Source of the DNA: the human T2T-CHM13v2.0 reference genome, Homo sapiens
Length of the DNA: 64,000 nt
Assembly (NCBI RefSeq): GCF_009914755.1
Contig: NC_060926.1
Direction: 5' to 3' (one strand)
The position numbers and the translations under genes were made by a program. The notes under the pieces are model-generated. The model made no database searches. It worked only from the letters and a program-made list of their open reading frames with translations, and was not told where the DNA came from. Shown piece by piece: positions 1 through 15,900 of this stretch (position 1 is its first letter; each line of letters opens with the position of its first letter).

Positions 1-228
1 TCATCGTATGGAATCGAATGGAATCATCATCGAATGCAATTGAATGGAATCATCATCGAATGCAATCGAATTTAATCACGAACGAATGGAATTCAAAGGA
101 ATCATCATCGAATGGAAACAAATAGAATCATCAAATGGACTCGAAAGGAATCATCGAATGGACTCGAATGGAGTTGTCATCGAATGGAATCAAATGGAAT
201 CATCGAACGGAATTGAATCGAATCATCA

Positions 229-3200
229 TTGAATGAAATCAAATGGAATCATCGAATGGACTCGAATGGAAGCAATATCAAATGGAATCGAAAGGAATCA
301 TGGAATGCATTCAAAGGGAATAATCAAATGGACTCAAATGGAATCAACATCAAGTGGAATCGAAAGGAATCATCGAATGGACCAGAATGGAATCATCATC
401 GAATGGAATCGAATGGAATCATCGAATGGACTTGAATGGAATCACTATCTAATAGAACCGAATGGAATCATCATGGAATGGAACCGGAAGGAGTCATTAT
501 CAAATGGAATCCAATGACATCATTGAATGGACTCGAATGGAATCATCATCAACTGGAATTGAATGGAATCATCGAACGGACTCCAGTGGAATCATCGGAG
601 AATGGAATCGAATGGAATTATCAAACGGACTCGAATGGAATAAACTTTGAATGGAATCGAAGGGAATCATCAAATGGAATCGAATGCAATCATCGAACAG
701 AATCGAATGCCATCACCGAATGGAATCCAATGGAATCACCATTGAATGGACTCGAATGGAATCATCATTGAATGGAATCGAATGGAATCATCGAATGGAC
801 TCGAATGGAATCATCATCGATTGGAATCAAATGGAATCATCGAATGGAATCGAAAGGAATCATCATCAACTGTAATGAACTGGAATCACTGAATGGAATC
901 GAATGGAATCGTCATCAAAAATAATCGAATAGAATAATCAAATGGAATCAAATGCAATCAACATCAAATGGAATCGAATGGAATCATAGAATGACATCGA
1001 ATGGAATCCTCATCGAATGGAATCAAAGGGAATCAATATCGAATGGAATCGAAAGCAATCACTGAATGGACTTGAATACAATCATCAAATGGATTTGAAG
1101 GGAATCCTCATTGAATGGAATAGAACAAAAACATTGAATGGACACGAATGGAATCATCATCGAATGGAATCAAATGGAGTCATCAAATGGACTCGAATGG
1201 AATCATCATCAAATGGGATCATCATCAAATGGAATCGAATGGAGTCATCGAATGGACACGAATGAATGAACAAGTGGACTCGAATGGAAACATCAAACAG
1301 AATCGAATGGAATCATCGAAAGTAATTGAATGGAATTATTGAATGGACTCGAATGGAATCATCTAATGGACACGAATGGAATAATCATGAAATGGAATCG
1401 AATGGAATCATCAAATGGACTCGAATGAATGGAATCATTGAATGGACTCGAATGGAATCATCGAATGGACTCAAATGGAATCATCATCAAATGGAATCGA
1501 ATGGAATCATTGAATGGACTCGAATGGAATCATCACATGGAATCAAACCGAATCGTCATCGAATGGAATCGAATGGAATCATCGAATGGAATTGAAGGCA
1601 ATCATCATCGAATGGAATCGAATGGAATCATCATCAAATGGAATCAAGCGGAAGGAATCATCAAATGGAATCAAATGGAATCATTGTTGAATGGAATGGA
1701 ATGGAATCATTGAATGGAATTGAACGGGATCACCAATGAACGGAATCAAATGGAATCATCTTCTAATGGAATCGAAAGGAATCATCAAATACACTCGAAT
1801 GGAATCATCATCGAATGGAATCGTGTGGAATCGTCGAATGAACTGGAAATGAATCATAATCAAATGCATTTAAAATGAATCATCATCGAAAGGAATCAAA
1901 TGGAATCATCATCGAATGGAATCATACGGAAACATCACAGAATGGAATTGAATGGAATCACCAGTTGGACTCGAATGGAATCATCAAATGTACTCGAAGG
2001 GACGCGTCAAATGGACTCGAACGGAATCATCCTCAAAAGGAATCGAATGGGATCATCGAAAGGACTCGAATCAAATCTTCAAAAGGACTCAAAGGGAATC
2101 ATTGTAGAATGGAAATGAATAGAGTCATCAGACAGCCTCGAATGGAAGCATCATTGAATGGAATTGATTGGAAACATCGAATTCACTCGAATGGAATCAT
2201 CATCTGATGGAATTCAATGGAATCATCGAATGGACACAAATGGAATCATCATCAAATGGAATCCATTGGAACGATCGAATGGAATCGCATGGAATTATCA
2301 AATGGAATCGAATGGAATCATCTTTGAATGGAATCAAATGGAATCATCGAATGGAATCGAATGCAATCATCATTGAATGGAATCGAATGGAATCATCGAA
2401 TGGTATCCAAAGGAATCACCATTGAATGCCCTCGCATGGAATCATCATCATATAGAGTAGAAAGGAATCCTTGAATGGACTCGAATGGAACCATCATTGA
2501 ATGGAATCACCAAATGGAATCAAATGGAATCATCATCAAATGAAATCAAACGGAATCATCAAATGTAATCGAATGGAATCATCATTGAATGGATTCGAAT
2601 AGAATCTTTCAAGGAAATTGAATGGAATCAGCATGAAATGGAATCTAAAGGAATCATAGAATGGTATCGAATGGAATCATCATCGAATGGAATGGAATGG
2701 AATGGAACCAGCATCGAATGGAATCAAAAGCAATCATTCAATGGACTCTAATAGAATCAGCGAATAGACTTGAATGTAATCATCATCGAATGGAGAAGAA
2801 TGGAATCATCCAATGGACACGAATGGAATCATCCTCGAATGCAATCGAATGGAATCATATAATGGACCCGAATGGAATCATCATTGCATGGAATAGAATG
2901 GAATCGTCATCGAATGGAATCGTATGGAATCATCTAATGAACCCGAATGGAATCATCGTCGAAATGAATAGAATGCAATCATCATCAAATGGAATCGAAT
3001 GGAATCATCATCAAATAGAATCGAATGGAATCATCAAATGGAATCGAATGGAGTCATTGTCTAATGCAATCGAATGAAATCATAGAATGGAATCCCATGG
3101 AATCAACATCGAATGGAATCGATTGGAATCATTATCAAATAGAATTGAATGGAATCACTGAATGGAATCATCATCAAATGGACTCCAACGGAATCATCGA

Positions 3201-6200
3201 ATTGACTCTAATGGAATCATCACTGAATGGAATAGAATGGAATAATCAACTGGAAACGAATGGAATCATCATCGAATGGAATTGAATGGTATCATCAAAT
3301 GCACTTGAATGGAATCATCAATGAATGCAATCGAATGGTATAATCGAATGGAATCAAATGGAATCATCTTCGAGTGGAACCTAAAGGAATCGCCAAATGG
3401 ACTCCAATGGAATAATCATCGTATGAAATCGAGTGGAATCATCGAATGTACTCGAATGGAATCATCGAATGGAATCGAATGGAATCATGGTCGAACGGAA
3501 AAGAATGGAATCATCAAGTGGACACGAATGGAATCAACATCTAATGGAATGGAATGGAATCATCAAATGGAATGGAATGGAATCATCATCGAATGGAATA
3601 AAATGGAATCATCAGATGGAATCAAATGGAATCATCAATGAATGGAATCGAATGGTATCATGGAATGGAATTGAATGGAATCGTCTTTGAGTGGAATCTA
3701 AAGGAATCACCGAATGGACTCCAATCATCAGATGGAATCGAGTGGAATCATCGAATGTAGTCGAATGCAATCATCATCGAATGGAATTGAATGGAATCAA
3801 CGAATGGAATACAAAGGAATCATAGAATGGACTCGAAAGGAATCATCATTGAATGGAATGAAATGGAATCATCATGGAATGGAATTGAATGGAATCATCG
3901 AATGGACTCGAAAGGAATTATGCTCGAATGGAGTCTAATGGAATCATCAAATGGACTCAAATGGAATCATCATCGAATGAAATCGTATAGAATCATCGAA
4001 TGCAACTGAATGGAATCATTGAATGGACTTGAAAGGAATTATTACGGAATGGAATTGAATGGAATCATTGAATGGACTTGAAAGGAATCATCATCAAGTA
4101 GAATCGAATGGAATCGTTGAATGGACTCGAATTGAATCTTTGAATGGAATCGAATGGAATCATCATTGAATGGAGTCAAATGGAATCATCATCAAATGGA
4201 ATTGAATGGAATCTTCATTGAATGGACTCGAATGGAATCATCATCAAATGGAATCTAATCGAATCATCAGTGAAGGGAATCGAATGGAATCATCATCGAA
4301 TGGAATCGAATGGAATCATCAACAAGTGGAAACGAATGAAATCATCGAATGGAATCCAATGGTGTCATCGAATGGACACGAAAGGAATCATCGAATGGAA
4401 TCAAATGGAATCACCATCAAATGGAATCGAATGGAATCACCATCGAATTGAATGTTATGAAATCATCTCATGGACTCGAAGGGAATCATCATTGAATGGA
4501 ATCGAATGGAATCATTGAATGAAATGGAAAGGAATCACCATCGAATGGAATGTTATGGAATCTTCTAATGGACTCGAAGGGAATCATCATCGAATGGAAT
4601 CGAATGGAATCATTGAATGCAATTGAATGGAATCATCATCAAATGGAATCGAATGGAATCATCGAAGGGAATCTGAATGGAATCATGAATGAATGGAATC
4701 AAATGGAATCATCTAATGGACGTGAAAGGAATCATCATCGAAAGCAATGAAATGTAATTCAATCGAATGGACATGAATGGAGTCATCATTGAATGGAATC
4801 AAATGGAATCCTCATCGAATGGAATCGAATGGAATCATCAAATGGAATAGAATGGAGTCATCGTCGAATGTAATCGAATGTAATCATCGAATGTCATCGA
4901 ATGGAATCATCGACTGGAAAAGAATGGAATCATCATCGAATGGAAATGAATAGAATCACAGAATGAAATCGAATAGAATCATCATCGAATGGAGTCTAAT
5001 GGAATAATCATCGAATGGAATAGAATGGAATCATCGAGTGGACACGAATGGAATCATCATTGAATGGAATCGAATAGAATCATCAAATGGACTTGAATGG
5101 AAACAACATCGAATGGAATCGAATTTAGTCATTGAATTGCATTGAGTGGAAACATAATTGAATGGAATCTAAGGAAATCATCGAATGGACTGGAGTGGAA
5201 TCATCGAATGGACTCGAGGGGAATCATCATCGAATGGAATCGACTGTAATCATCGATTGGACTCGAATGGAATCATCATTGAATGGAATCGAATGGAATC
5301 AATGAATGGACTCGAATAGAATCATCATCGAATGGAATCGAATGGAATCAAAGAATGGACTCTAATGGAGTCATCATCAAATGGAATCTAATGGAATCAT
5401 CTAATGGACCTGAAAGGAATCATCATTGAATGGAATCGAATGGAATCATCGAATGGACTCGAATGGAATCATCATCGAATGGAATCTAATGGAATCATTG
5501 AATGGACTCGAATGGAATAATCGAATGGGCTTGAGTGGAATCATCATCAAAGGGAATCGAATGGAATCCTCATCGAATGGAATCGAACGGAATCATCATC
5601 GAATGGAATCACCAAATTGAATCGAATGGAATGATCATCAAGGACAATCGAAGGGAAACATCGAATGGGATTGAACGGAGTCATCGAATGGAATCGATAG
5701 GAATCATCGAATGGATTCAAATGGAATCATCATTGAATGGAAACGAACGGAATCATCGAATGGACACGAATGGAATCATCATCAAATAGGATTGAATGGA
5801 ATCATCAAATGGCATCGAATGGAATCACCATTGAATGGAATCGAATGGAATCATCGAATGCCATCGAATGAAATCATCATCGAATAAAATCAAATGGAAT
5901 AATCGAATGTACTCGAATGGAATCATCAAATGGATTTGAGAGGAATCATCATCGAATGGAATTGAACAGAATCATCAAATAGACTCGAATGGAATCCTCA
6001 TTGAATGGAATCGAATGGAATCATTGAATGGAGTCCAATGGAATCATCAGCAAATGGAATCTAATGGAATCATTGAATATCAACGAATGGAATCATCATC
6101 GAATGGAGTCGAATGGAATCATCAAATGAACTCGAATGCAATCATCATAGAATGGAATCGAATGGAATCTTTGAATGGAAATGAATGGAATCATCATCGT

Positions 6201-6616
6201 ATGCAAACGAACGGAATCATCATCAAAAGGAATCACATGGAATCGTCAAATGGAAAAGAATTGTGTAATCATAGAAAGAAATTGAATAGAATCATCGAAT
6301 GAAACCGAATGGAATCATCATCAAAAGGAATCACATGGAATCGTCAAATGGAAAAGAATTGAATAATCATAGAAAGGAATTGAATAGAATCATCGAATGA
6401 AACCGAATAGAATCATCATCGAATGGAATCGAATTGAATCATCATCGAATGAATCGAATGGAATCACCAACGAATGGAATTCAAAGGAATCATCATCGAA
6501 TGGAACCAAATAGAATCATCAAATGGACTCGAAAGGAATCATCGAATGGACTCGAATGGAGTTGTCATCGAATGGAATCAAATGGAATCATCGAACAGAT
6601 TTGAATCGAATCATCA
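229..6616 (+). repeat. Higher-order unit 1 (6388 bp, type A)
   Basis: Unit phase is set arbitrarily at the marker TTGAATGAAATCAAATGG...GGAAGCAATATC (229, next at 6617). Contains once-per-unit markers GACGCGTC (2001), GCCCTCGCATGG, TTATGCTCG and a single GAATTTAGTC. Confidence 0.9.
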
Positions 6617-9600
6617 TTGAATGAAATCAAATGGAATCATCGAATGGAATCGAATGGAAGCAATATCAAATGGAATCGAAATGAATCATGGAATGCATTC
6701 AAAGGGAATAATCAAATGGACTCAAATGGAATCAACATCAAGTGGAATCGAAAGGTATCATCGAATGGACCGGAATGGAATCATCATCGAATGGAATGGA
6801 ATGGAATTATCGAATGGACTTGAATGGAATCACTATCTAATGGAACCGAATGGAATCATCATGGAATGGAACCGGAAGGAGTCACCATCAAATGGAATCC
6901 AATGACATCATTGAATGGACTCGAATGGAATCATCATCAACTGGAATTGAATGGAATCATCGAACGGACTCCAGTGGAATCATCGGAGAATGGAATCGAA
7001 TGGAATTATCAAACGGACTCGAATGGAATAAACTTTGAATGGAATCGAAGGGAATCATCAAATGGAATCGAATGCAATCATCGAACGGAATCGAAAGCCA
7101 TCACCGAATGGAATCCAATGGAATCACCATTGAATGGACTCGAATGGAATCATCATTGAATGGAATCTAATGGAGTCATCGAATGGACTCGAATGGAATC
7201 ATCATCTATGGGAATCAAATGGAATCATCGAATGGAATCGAAAGGAATAATCATCAACTGTAATGAACTGGAATCACTGAATGAAATCGAATGGAATCAT
7301 CATCAAAAATAATCGAATAGAATAATCAAATGGAATCAAATGCAATCAACATCAAATGGAATCGAATGGAATCCTAGAATGACATCGAATGGAATCCTCA
7401 TCGAATGGAATCAAAGGGAATCAATATCGAATGGAATCGAAAGCAATCACTGAATGGACTTGAATACAATCATCAAATGGATTTGAAGGGAATCCTCATT
7501 GAATGGAATAGAACAAAAACATTGAATGGACACGAATGGAATCATCATTGAATGGAATCAAATGGAGTCATCGAATGGACACGAATGAATGAACAAATGG
7601 ACTCGAATGGAAACATCAAATAGAAATCGAATGGAATCATCGAAAGGAATTGAATGGAATGATTGAATGGACTCGAATGGAATCATCTAATGGACACGAA
7701 TGGAATAATCATAAAATGGAATCGAATGGAATCATCAAATGGACTCGAATGAATGGAATTATTGAATGGACTCGAATGGAATCATCGAATGGACTCAAAT
7801 GGAATCATCATCAAGTGGAATCGAATGGAACCATCGAATGGATTCGAATGGAATCATCAAATGGAATCAAACCGAATCGTCATCGAATGGAATCGAATGG
7901 AATCATCGAATGGAATTGAAGGCAATCATCATCGAATGGAATCGAATGGAATCATCATCAAATGGAATCAAGCGGAAGGAATCATCAAATGGAATCATTG
8001 TTGAATGGAATGGAATGGAATCATTGAATGGAATTGAATGGGATCACCAATGAACGGAATCAAATGGAATCATCTTCTAATGGAATCGAAAGGAATCATC
8101 AAATACACTCGAATGGAATCATCATCGAATGGAATCGTGTGGAATCGTCGAATGAACTGGAAATGAATCATAATCAAATGCAATTAAAATGAATCATCAT
8201 CGAAAGGAATCACATGGAATCATCATCGAATGGAATCATAAGGAAACATCACAGAATGGAATTGAATGGAATCATCAGTTGGACTCGAATGGAATCATCA
8301 AATGTACTCGAAGGGACGCGTCAAATGGACTCGAACGGAATCATCATCGAATGGAATCGAATGGGTTCATCGAAAGAACTCGAATCAAATCTTCAAAAGG
8401 ACTCAAAGGGAATCATTGTAGAATGGAAATGAATAGAGTCATCAGACAGCCTCGAATGGAAACATCATTGAATGGAATTGATTGGAAACATCGAATTCAC
8501 TCGAATGGAATCATCATCTGATGGAATTCAATGGAATCATCGAATGGACACAAATGGAATCATCATCAAATGGAATCCATTGGAACGATCGAATGGAATC
8601 GCATGGAATTATCAAATGGAATCGAATGGAATCATCTTTGAATGGAATGAAATGGAATCATCGAATGGAATCGAATGCAATCATCATTGAATGGAATCGA
8701 ATGGAATCATCGAATGGTATCCAAAGGAATCACCATTGAATGCCCTCGCATGGAATCATCATCATATAGAGTAGAAAGGAATTATTGAATGGACTCGAAT
8801 GGAACCATCATTGAATAGAATCACCAAATGGAATCAAATGGAATCATCATCAAATGAAATCAAACGGAATCATCAAATGGAATCGAATGGAATCATCATT
8901 GAATGGATTCGAATAGAATCTTTGAATGAAATTGAATGGAAGCAGCATGAAATGGAATCTAAACGAATCACAGAATGGTATCGAATGGAATCATCATGGA
9001 ATGGAATGGAATGGAATCAGCATCGAATGGAATCAAAAGCAATCATTCCATGGACTCTAATAGAATCAGCGAATAGACTTGAATGTAATCATCATCGAAT
9101 GGAGAAGAATGGAATCATCCAATGGACACGAATGGAATCATCCTCGAATGGAATCGAATGGAATCATATAATGGACCCGAATGGAATCATCATTGAATGG
9201 AATAGAATGGAATCGTCATCGAATGGAATCGTATGGAATCATCTAATGGACCCGAATGGAATCATCGTCGAATTGAATAGAGTGCAATCATCATCAAATG
9301 GAATCGAATGGAATCATCATCAAATAGAATCGAATGGAATCATCAAATGGAATCGAATGGAGTCATTGTCTAATGCAATCGAATGAAATCATAGAATGGA
9401 ATCCCATGGAATCAACATCGAATGGAATCGATTGGAATCATTATCAAATAGAATTGAATGGAATCACTGAATGGAATCATCATCAAATGGACTCCAACGG
9501 AATCATCGAATTGACTCTAATGGAATCATCACTGAATGGAATAGAATGGAATAATCAAATGGAAACGAATGGAATCATCATCGAATGGAATCGAATGGTA

Positions 9601-12600
9601 TCATCAAATGCACTTGAATGGAATCATCAATGAATGCAATCGAATGGTATAATCGAATGGAATCAAATGGAATCATCTTCGAGTGGAACAGAAAGGAATC
9701 GCCAAATGGACTCCAATGGAATAATCATCGTATGGAATCGAGTGGAATCATCGAATGTACTCGAATGGAATCATCGAATGTACTCGAATGGAATCATCGA
9801 ATGTAATCGAATGGAATCATGGTCGAACGGAAAAGAATGGAATCATCAAGTGGACACGAATGGAATCAACATCTAATGGAATGGAATGGAATCATCAAAT
9901 GGAATGGAATGGAATCATCATCGAATGGAATAAAATGGAATCATCAAATGGAATCAAATGGAATCATCAATGAATGGAATCGAATGGTATCATGGAATGG
10001 AATTGAATGGAATCGTCTTTGAGTGGAATCTAAAGGAATCACCGAATGGACTCCAATCATCAGATGGAATCGAGTGGAATCATCGAATGTAGTCGAATGC
10101 AATCATCATCGAATGGAATTGAATGGAATCAACGAATGGAATATAAAGGAATCATAGAATGGACTCGAATGGAATCATCATTGAATGGAATGAAATGGAA
10201 TCATCATGGAATGGAATTGAATGGAATCATCGAATGGACTCGAAAGGGATTATGCTCGAATGGAATCTAATGGAATCATCAAATGGACTCAAATGGTATC
10301 ATCATCGAATGAAATCGTATGGAATCATCGAATGCAACTGAATGGAATCATTGAATGGACTTGAAAGGAATTATTATGGAATGGAATTGAATGGAATCAT
10401 TGAATGGACTTGAAAGGAATCATCATCAAGTGGAATCGAATGGAATCGTTGAATGGACTCGAATTGAATCTTTGAATGGAATCGAATGGAATCATCATTG
10501 AATGGAGTCAAATGGAATCATCATCAAATGGAATTGAATGGAATCTTCATTGAATGGACTCGAATGGAATCATCATCAAATGGAATCTAATCGAATCATC
10601 AATGAAGGGAATCGAATGGAATCATCATCGAATGGAATCGAATGGAATCATCAACAAGTGGAAACGAATGAAATCATCGAATGGAATCGAATGGTGTCAT
10701 CGAATGGACACGAAAGGAATCATCGAATGGAATCAAATGGAATCACCATCGAATGGAATCAAATGGAATCACCATCGAATGGAATGTTATGAAATCATCT
10801 CATGGACTCGAAGGGAATCATCATCGAATGGAATCGAATGGAATCATTGAATGAAATGGAAAGGAATCACCATCGAATGGAATGTTATGGAATCTTCTAA
10901 TGGACTCGAAGGGAATCATCATCGAATGGAATCGAATGGAATCATTGAATGCAATTGAATGGAATCATCATCAAATGGAATCGAATGGAATCATCGAATG
11001 GAATCTGAATGGAATCATCAATGAATGGAATCAAATGGAATCATCTAATGGACGTGAATGGAATCATCGTCGAAAGCAATGAAATGTAATTCAATCGAAT
11101 GGACATGAATGGAATCATCATTGAATGGAATCAAATGGAATCATCAAATGGAATAGAATGGAGTCATCGTCGAATGTAATCGAATGTAATCATCGAATGG
11201 CATCGAATGGAATCATCGACTGGAAAAGAATGGAATCATCATCGAATGGAAATGAATAGAATCACAGAATGAAATCGAATGGAATCATCATCGAATGGAG
11301 TCTAATGGAATAATCATCGAATGGAATAGAATGGAATCATCGAGTGGACACGAATGGAATCATCATTGAATGGAATCGAATAGAATCATCAAATGGACTT
11401 GAATGGAAACATCATCGAATCTAATTGAATTTAGTCATTGAATGGCATTGAGTGGAATCATCATTGAATGGAATCTAAGGAAATCATCGAATGGACTGGA
11501 GTGGAATCATCGAATGGACTCGAGGGGAATCATCATCGAATGGATTCGACTGTAATCATCGATTGGACTCGAATGGAATCATCATTGAATGGAATCGAAT
11601 GGAATCAATGAATGGACTCGAATAGAATCATCATCGAATGGAATCGAATGGAATCAAAGAATGGACTCTAATGGAGTCATCATCAAATGGAATCTAATGG
11701 AATCATCTAATGGACCTGAAAGGAATCATCATTGAATGGAATCGAATGGAATCATCGAATGCACTCGAATGGAATCATCATCGAATGGAATCTAATGGAA
11801 TCATTGAATGGACTCGAATGGAATAATCGAATGGGCTTGAGTGGAATCATCATCAAAGGGAATCGAATGGAATCCTCATCGAATGGAATCGAACGGAATC
11901 ATCATCGAATGGAATCACCAAATTGAATCGAATGGAATGATCATCAAGGACAATCGAAGGGAAACATCGAATGGGATTGAACGGAGTCATCGAATGGAAT
12001 CGATAGGAATCATCGAATGGATTCAAATGGAATCATCATTGAATGGAAACGAACGGAATCATCGAATGGATACGAATGGAATCATCATCAAATAGGATTG
12101 AATGGAATCATCAAATGGCATCGAATGGAATCACCATTGAATGGAATCGAATGGAATCATCGAATGCCATCGAATGAAATCATCATCGAATAAAATCAAA
12201 TGGAATAATCGAATGTACTCGAATGGAATCATCAAATGGATTTGAGAGGAATCATCATCGAATGGAATTGAACAGAATCATCAAATAGACTCGAATGGAA
12301 TCCTCATTGAATGGAATCGAATGGAATCATTGAATGGAGTCCAATGGAATCATCAGCAAATGGAATCTAATGGAATCATTGAATATCAACGAATGGAATC
12401 ATCATCGAATGGAGTCGAATGGAATCATCAAATGAACTCGAATGCAATCATCATAGAATGGAATCGAATGGAATCTTTGAATGGAAATGAATGGAATCAT
12501 CATCGTATGCAAACGAACGGAATCATCATCAAAAGGAATCACATGGAATCGTCAAATGGAAAAGAATTGTGTAATCATAGAAAGAAATTGAATAGAATCA

Positions 12601-12922
12601 TCGAATGAAACCGAATGGAATCATCATCAAAAGGAATCACATGGAATCGTCAAATGGAAAAGAATTGAATAATCATAGAAAGGAATTGAATAGAATCATC
12701 GAATGAAACCGAATAGAATCATCATCGAATGGAATCGAATTGAATCATCATCGAATGAATCGAATGGAATCACCAACGAATGGAATTCAAAGGAATCATC
12801 ATCGAATGGAACCAAATAGAATCATCAAATGGACTCGAAAGGAATCATCGAATGGACTCGAATGGAGTTGTCATCGAATGGAATCAAATGGAATCATCGA
12901 ACAGATTTGAATCGAATCATCA
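6617..12922 (+). repeat. Higher-order unit 2 (6306 bp, type A)
   Basis: Marker at 6617, next at 12923. ACGCGT at 8316. ORF-track entries recur at +6306. Confidence 0.92.
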
Positions 12923-15900
12923 TTGAATGAAATCAAATGGAATCATCGAATGGAATCGAATGGAAGCAATATCAAATGGAATCGAAATGAATCATGGAAT
13001 GCATTCAAAGGGAATAATCAAATGGACTCAAATGGAATCAACATCAAGTGGAATCGAAAGGTATCATCGAATGGACCGGAATGGAATCATCATCGAATGG
13101 AATGGAATGGAATTATCGAATGGACTTGAATGGAATCACTATCTAATGGAACCGAATGGAATCATCATGGAATGGAACCGGAAGGAGTCACCATCAAATG
13201 GAATCCAATGACATCATTGAATGGACTCGAATGGAATCATCATCAACTGGAATTGAATGGAATCATCGAACGGACTCCAGTGGAATCATCGGAGAATGGA
13301 ATTGAATGGAATTATCAAACGGACTCGAATGGAATAAACTTTGAATGGAATCGAAGGGAATCATCAAATGGAATCGAATGCAATCATCGAACGGAATCGA
13401 AAGCCATCACCGAATGGAATCCAATGGAATCACCATTGAATGGACTCGAATGGAATCATCATTGAATGGAATCTAATGGAGTCATCGAATGGACTCGAAT
13501 GGAATCATCATCTATGGGAATCAAATGGAATCATCGAATGGAATCGAAAGGAATAATCATCAACTGTAATGAACTGGAATCACTGAATGAAATCGAATGG
13601 AATCATCATCAAAAATAATCGAATAGAATAATCAAATGGAATCAAATGCAATCAACATCAAATGGAATCGAATGGAATCCTAGAATGACATCGAATGGAA
13701 TCCTCATCGAATGGAATCAAAGGGAATCAATATCGAATGGAATCGAAAGCAATCACTGAATGGACTTGAATACAATCATCAAATGGATTTGAAGGGAATC
13801 CTCATTGAATGGAATAGAACAAAAACATTGAATGGACACGAATGGAATCATCATTGAATGGAATCAAATGGAGTCATCGAATGGACACGAATGAATGAAC
13901 AAATGGACTCGAATGGAAACATCAAATAGAAATCGAATGGAATCATCGAAAGGAATTGAATGGAATGATTGAATGGACTCGAATGGAATCATCTAATGGA
14001 CACGAATGGAATAATCATAAAATGGAATCGAATGGAATCATCAAATGGACTCGAATGAATGGAATTATTGAATGGACTCGAATGGAATCATCGAATGGAC
14101 TCAAATGGAATCATCATCAAGTGGAATCGAATGGAACCATCGAATGGATTCGAATGGAATCATCAAATGGAATCAAACCGAATCGTCATCGAATGGAATC
14201 GAATGGAATCATCGAATGGAATTGAAGGCAATCATCATCGAATGGAATCGAATGGAATCATCATCAAATGGAATCAAGCGGAAGGAATCATCAAATGGAA
14301 TCATTGTTGAATGGAATGGAATGGAATCATTGAATGGAATTGAATGGGATCACCAATGAACGGAATCAAATGGAATCATCTTCTAATGGAATCGAAAGGA
14401 ATCATCAAATACACTCGAATGGAATCATCATCGAATGGAATCGTGTGGAATCGTCGAATGAACTGGAAATGAATCATAATCAAATGCAATTAAAATGAAT
14501 CATCATCGAAAGGAATCACATGGAATCATCATCGAATGGAATCATACGGAAACATCACAGAATGGAATTGAATGGAATCATCAGTTGGACTCGAATGGAA
14601 TCATCAAATGTACTCGAAGGGACGCGTCAAATGGACTCGAACGGAATCATCATCGAATGGAATCGAATGGGTTCATCGAAAGAACTCGAATCAAATCTTC
14701 AAAAGGACTCAAAGGGAATCATTGTAGAATGGAAATGAATAGAGTCATCAGACAGCCTCGAATGGAAACATCATTGAATGGAATTGATTGGAAACATCGA
14801 ATTCACTCGAATGGAATCATCATCTGATGGAATTCAATGGAATCATCGAATGGACACAAATGGAATCATCATCAAATGGAATCCATTGGAACGATCGAAT
14901 GGAATCGCATGGAATTATCAAATGGAATCGAATGGAATCATCTTTGAATGGAATGAAATGGAATCATCGAATGGAATCGAATGCAATCATCATTGAATGG
15001 AATCGAATGGAATCATCGAATGGTATCCAAAGGAATCACCATTGAATGCCCTCGCATGGAATCATCATCATATAGAGTAGAAAGGAATTATTGAATGGAC
15101 TCGAATGGAACCATCATTGAATAGAATCACCAAATGGAATCAAATGGAATCATCATCAAATGAAATCAAACGGAATCATCAAATGGAATCGAATGGAATC
15201 ATCATTGAATGGATTCGAATAGAATCTTTGAATGAAATTGAATGGAAGCAGCATGAAATGGAATCTAAACGAATCACAGAATGGTATCGAATGGAATCAT
15301 CATGGAATGGAATGGAATGGAATCAGCATCGAATGGAATCAAAAGCAATCATTCCATGGACTCTAATAGAATCAGCGAATAGACTTGAATGTAATCATCA
15401 TCGAATGGAGAAGAATGGAATCATCCAATGGACACGAATGGAATCATCCTCGAATGGAATCGAATGGAATCATATAATGGACCCGAATGGAATCATCATT
15501 GAATGGAATAGAATGGAATCGTCATCGAATGGAATCGTATGGAATCATCTAATGGACCCGAATGGAATCATCGTCGAATTGAATAGAGTGCAATCATCAT
15601 CAAATGGAATCGAATGGAATCATCATCAAATAGAATCGAATGGAATCATCAAATGGAATCGAATGGAGTCATTGTCTAATGCAATCGAATGAAATCATAG
15701 AATGGAATCCCATGGAATCAACATCGAATGGAATCGATTGGAATCATTATCAAATAGAATTGAATGGAATCACTGAATGGAATCATCATCAAATGGACTC
15801 CAACGGAATCATCGAATTGACTCTAATGGAATCATCACTGAATGGAATAGAATGGAATAATCAAATGGAAACGAATGGAATCATCATCGAATGGAATCGA

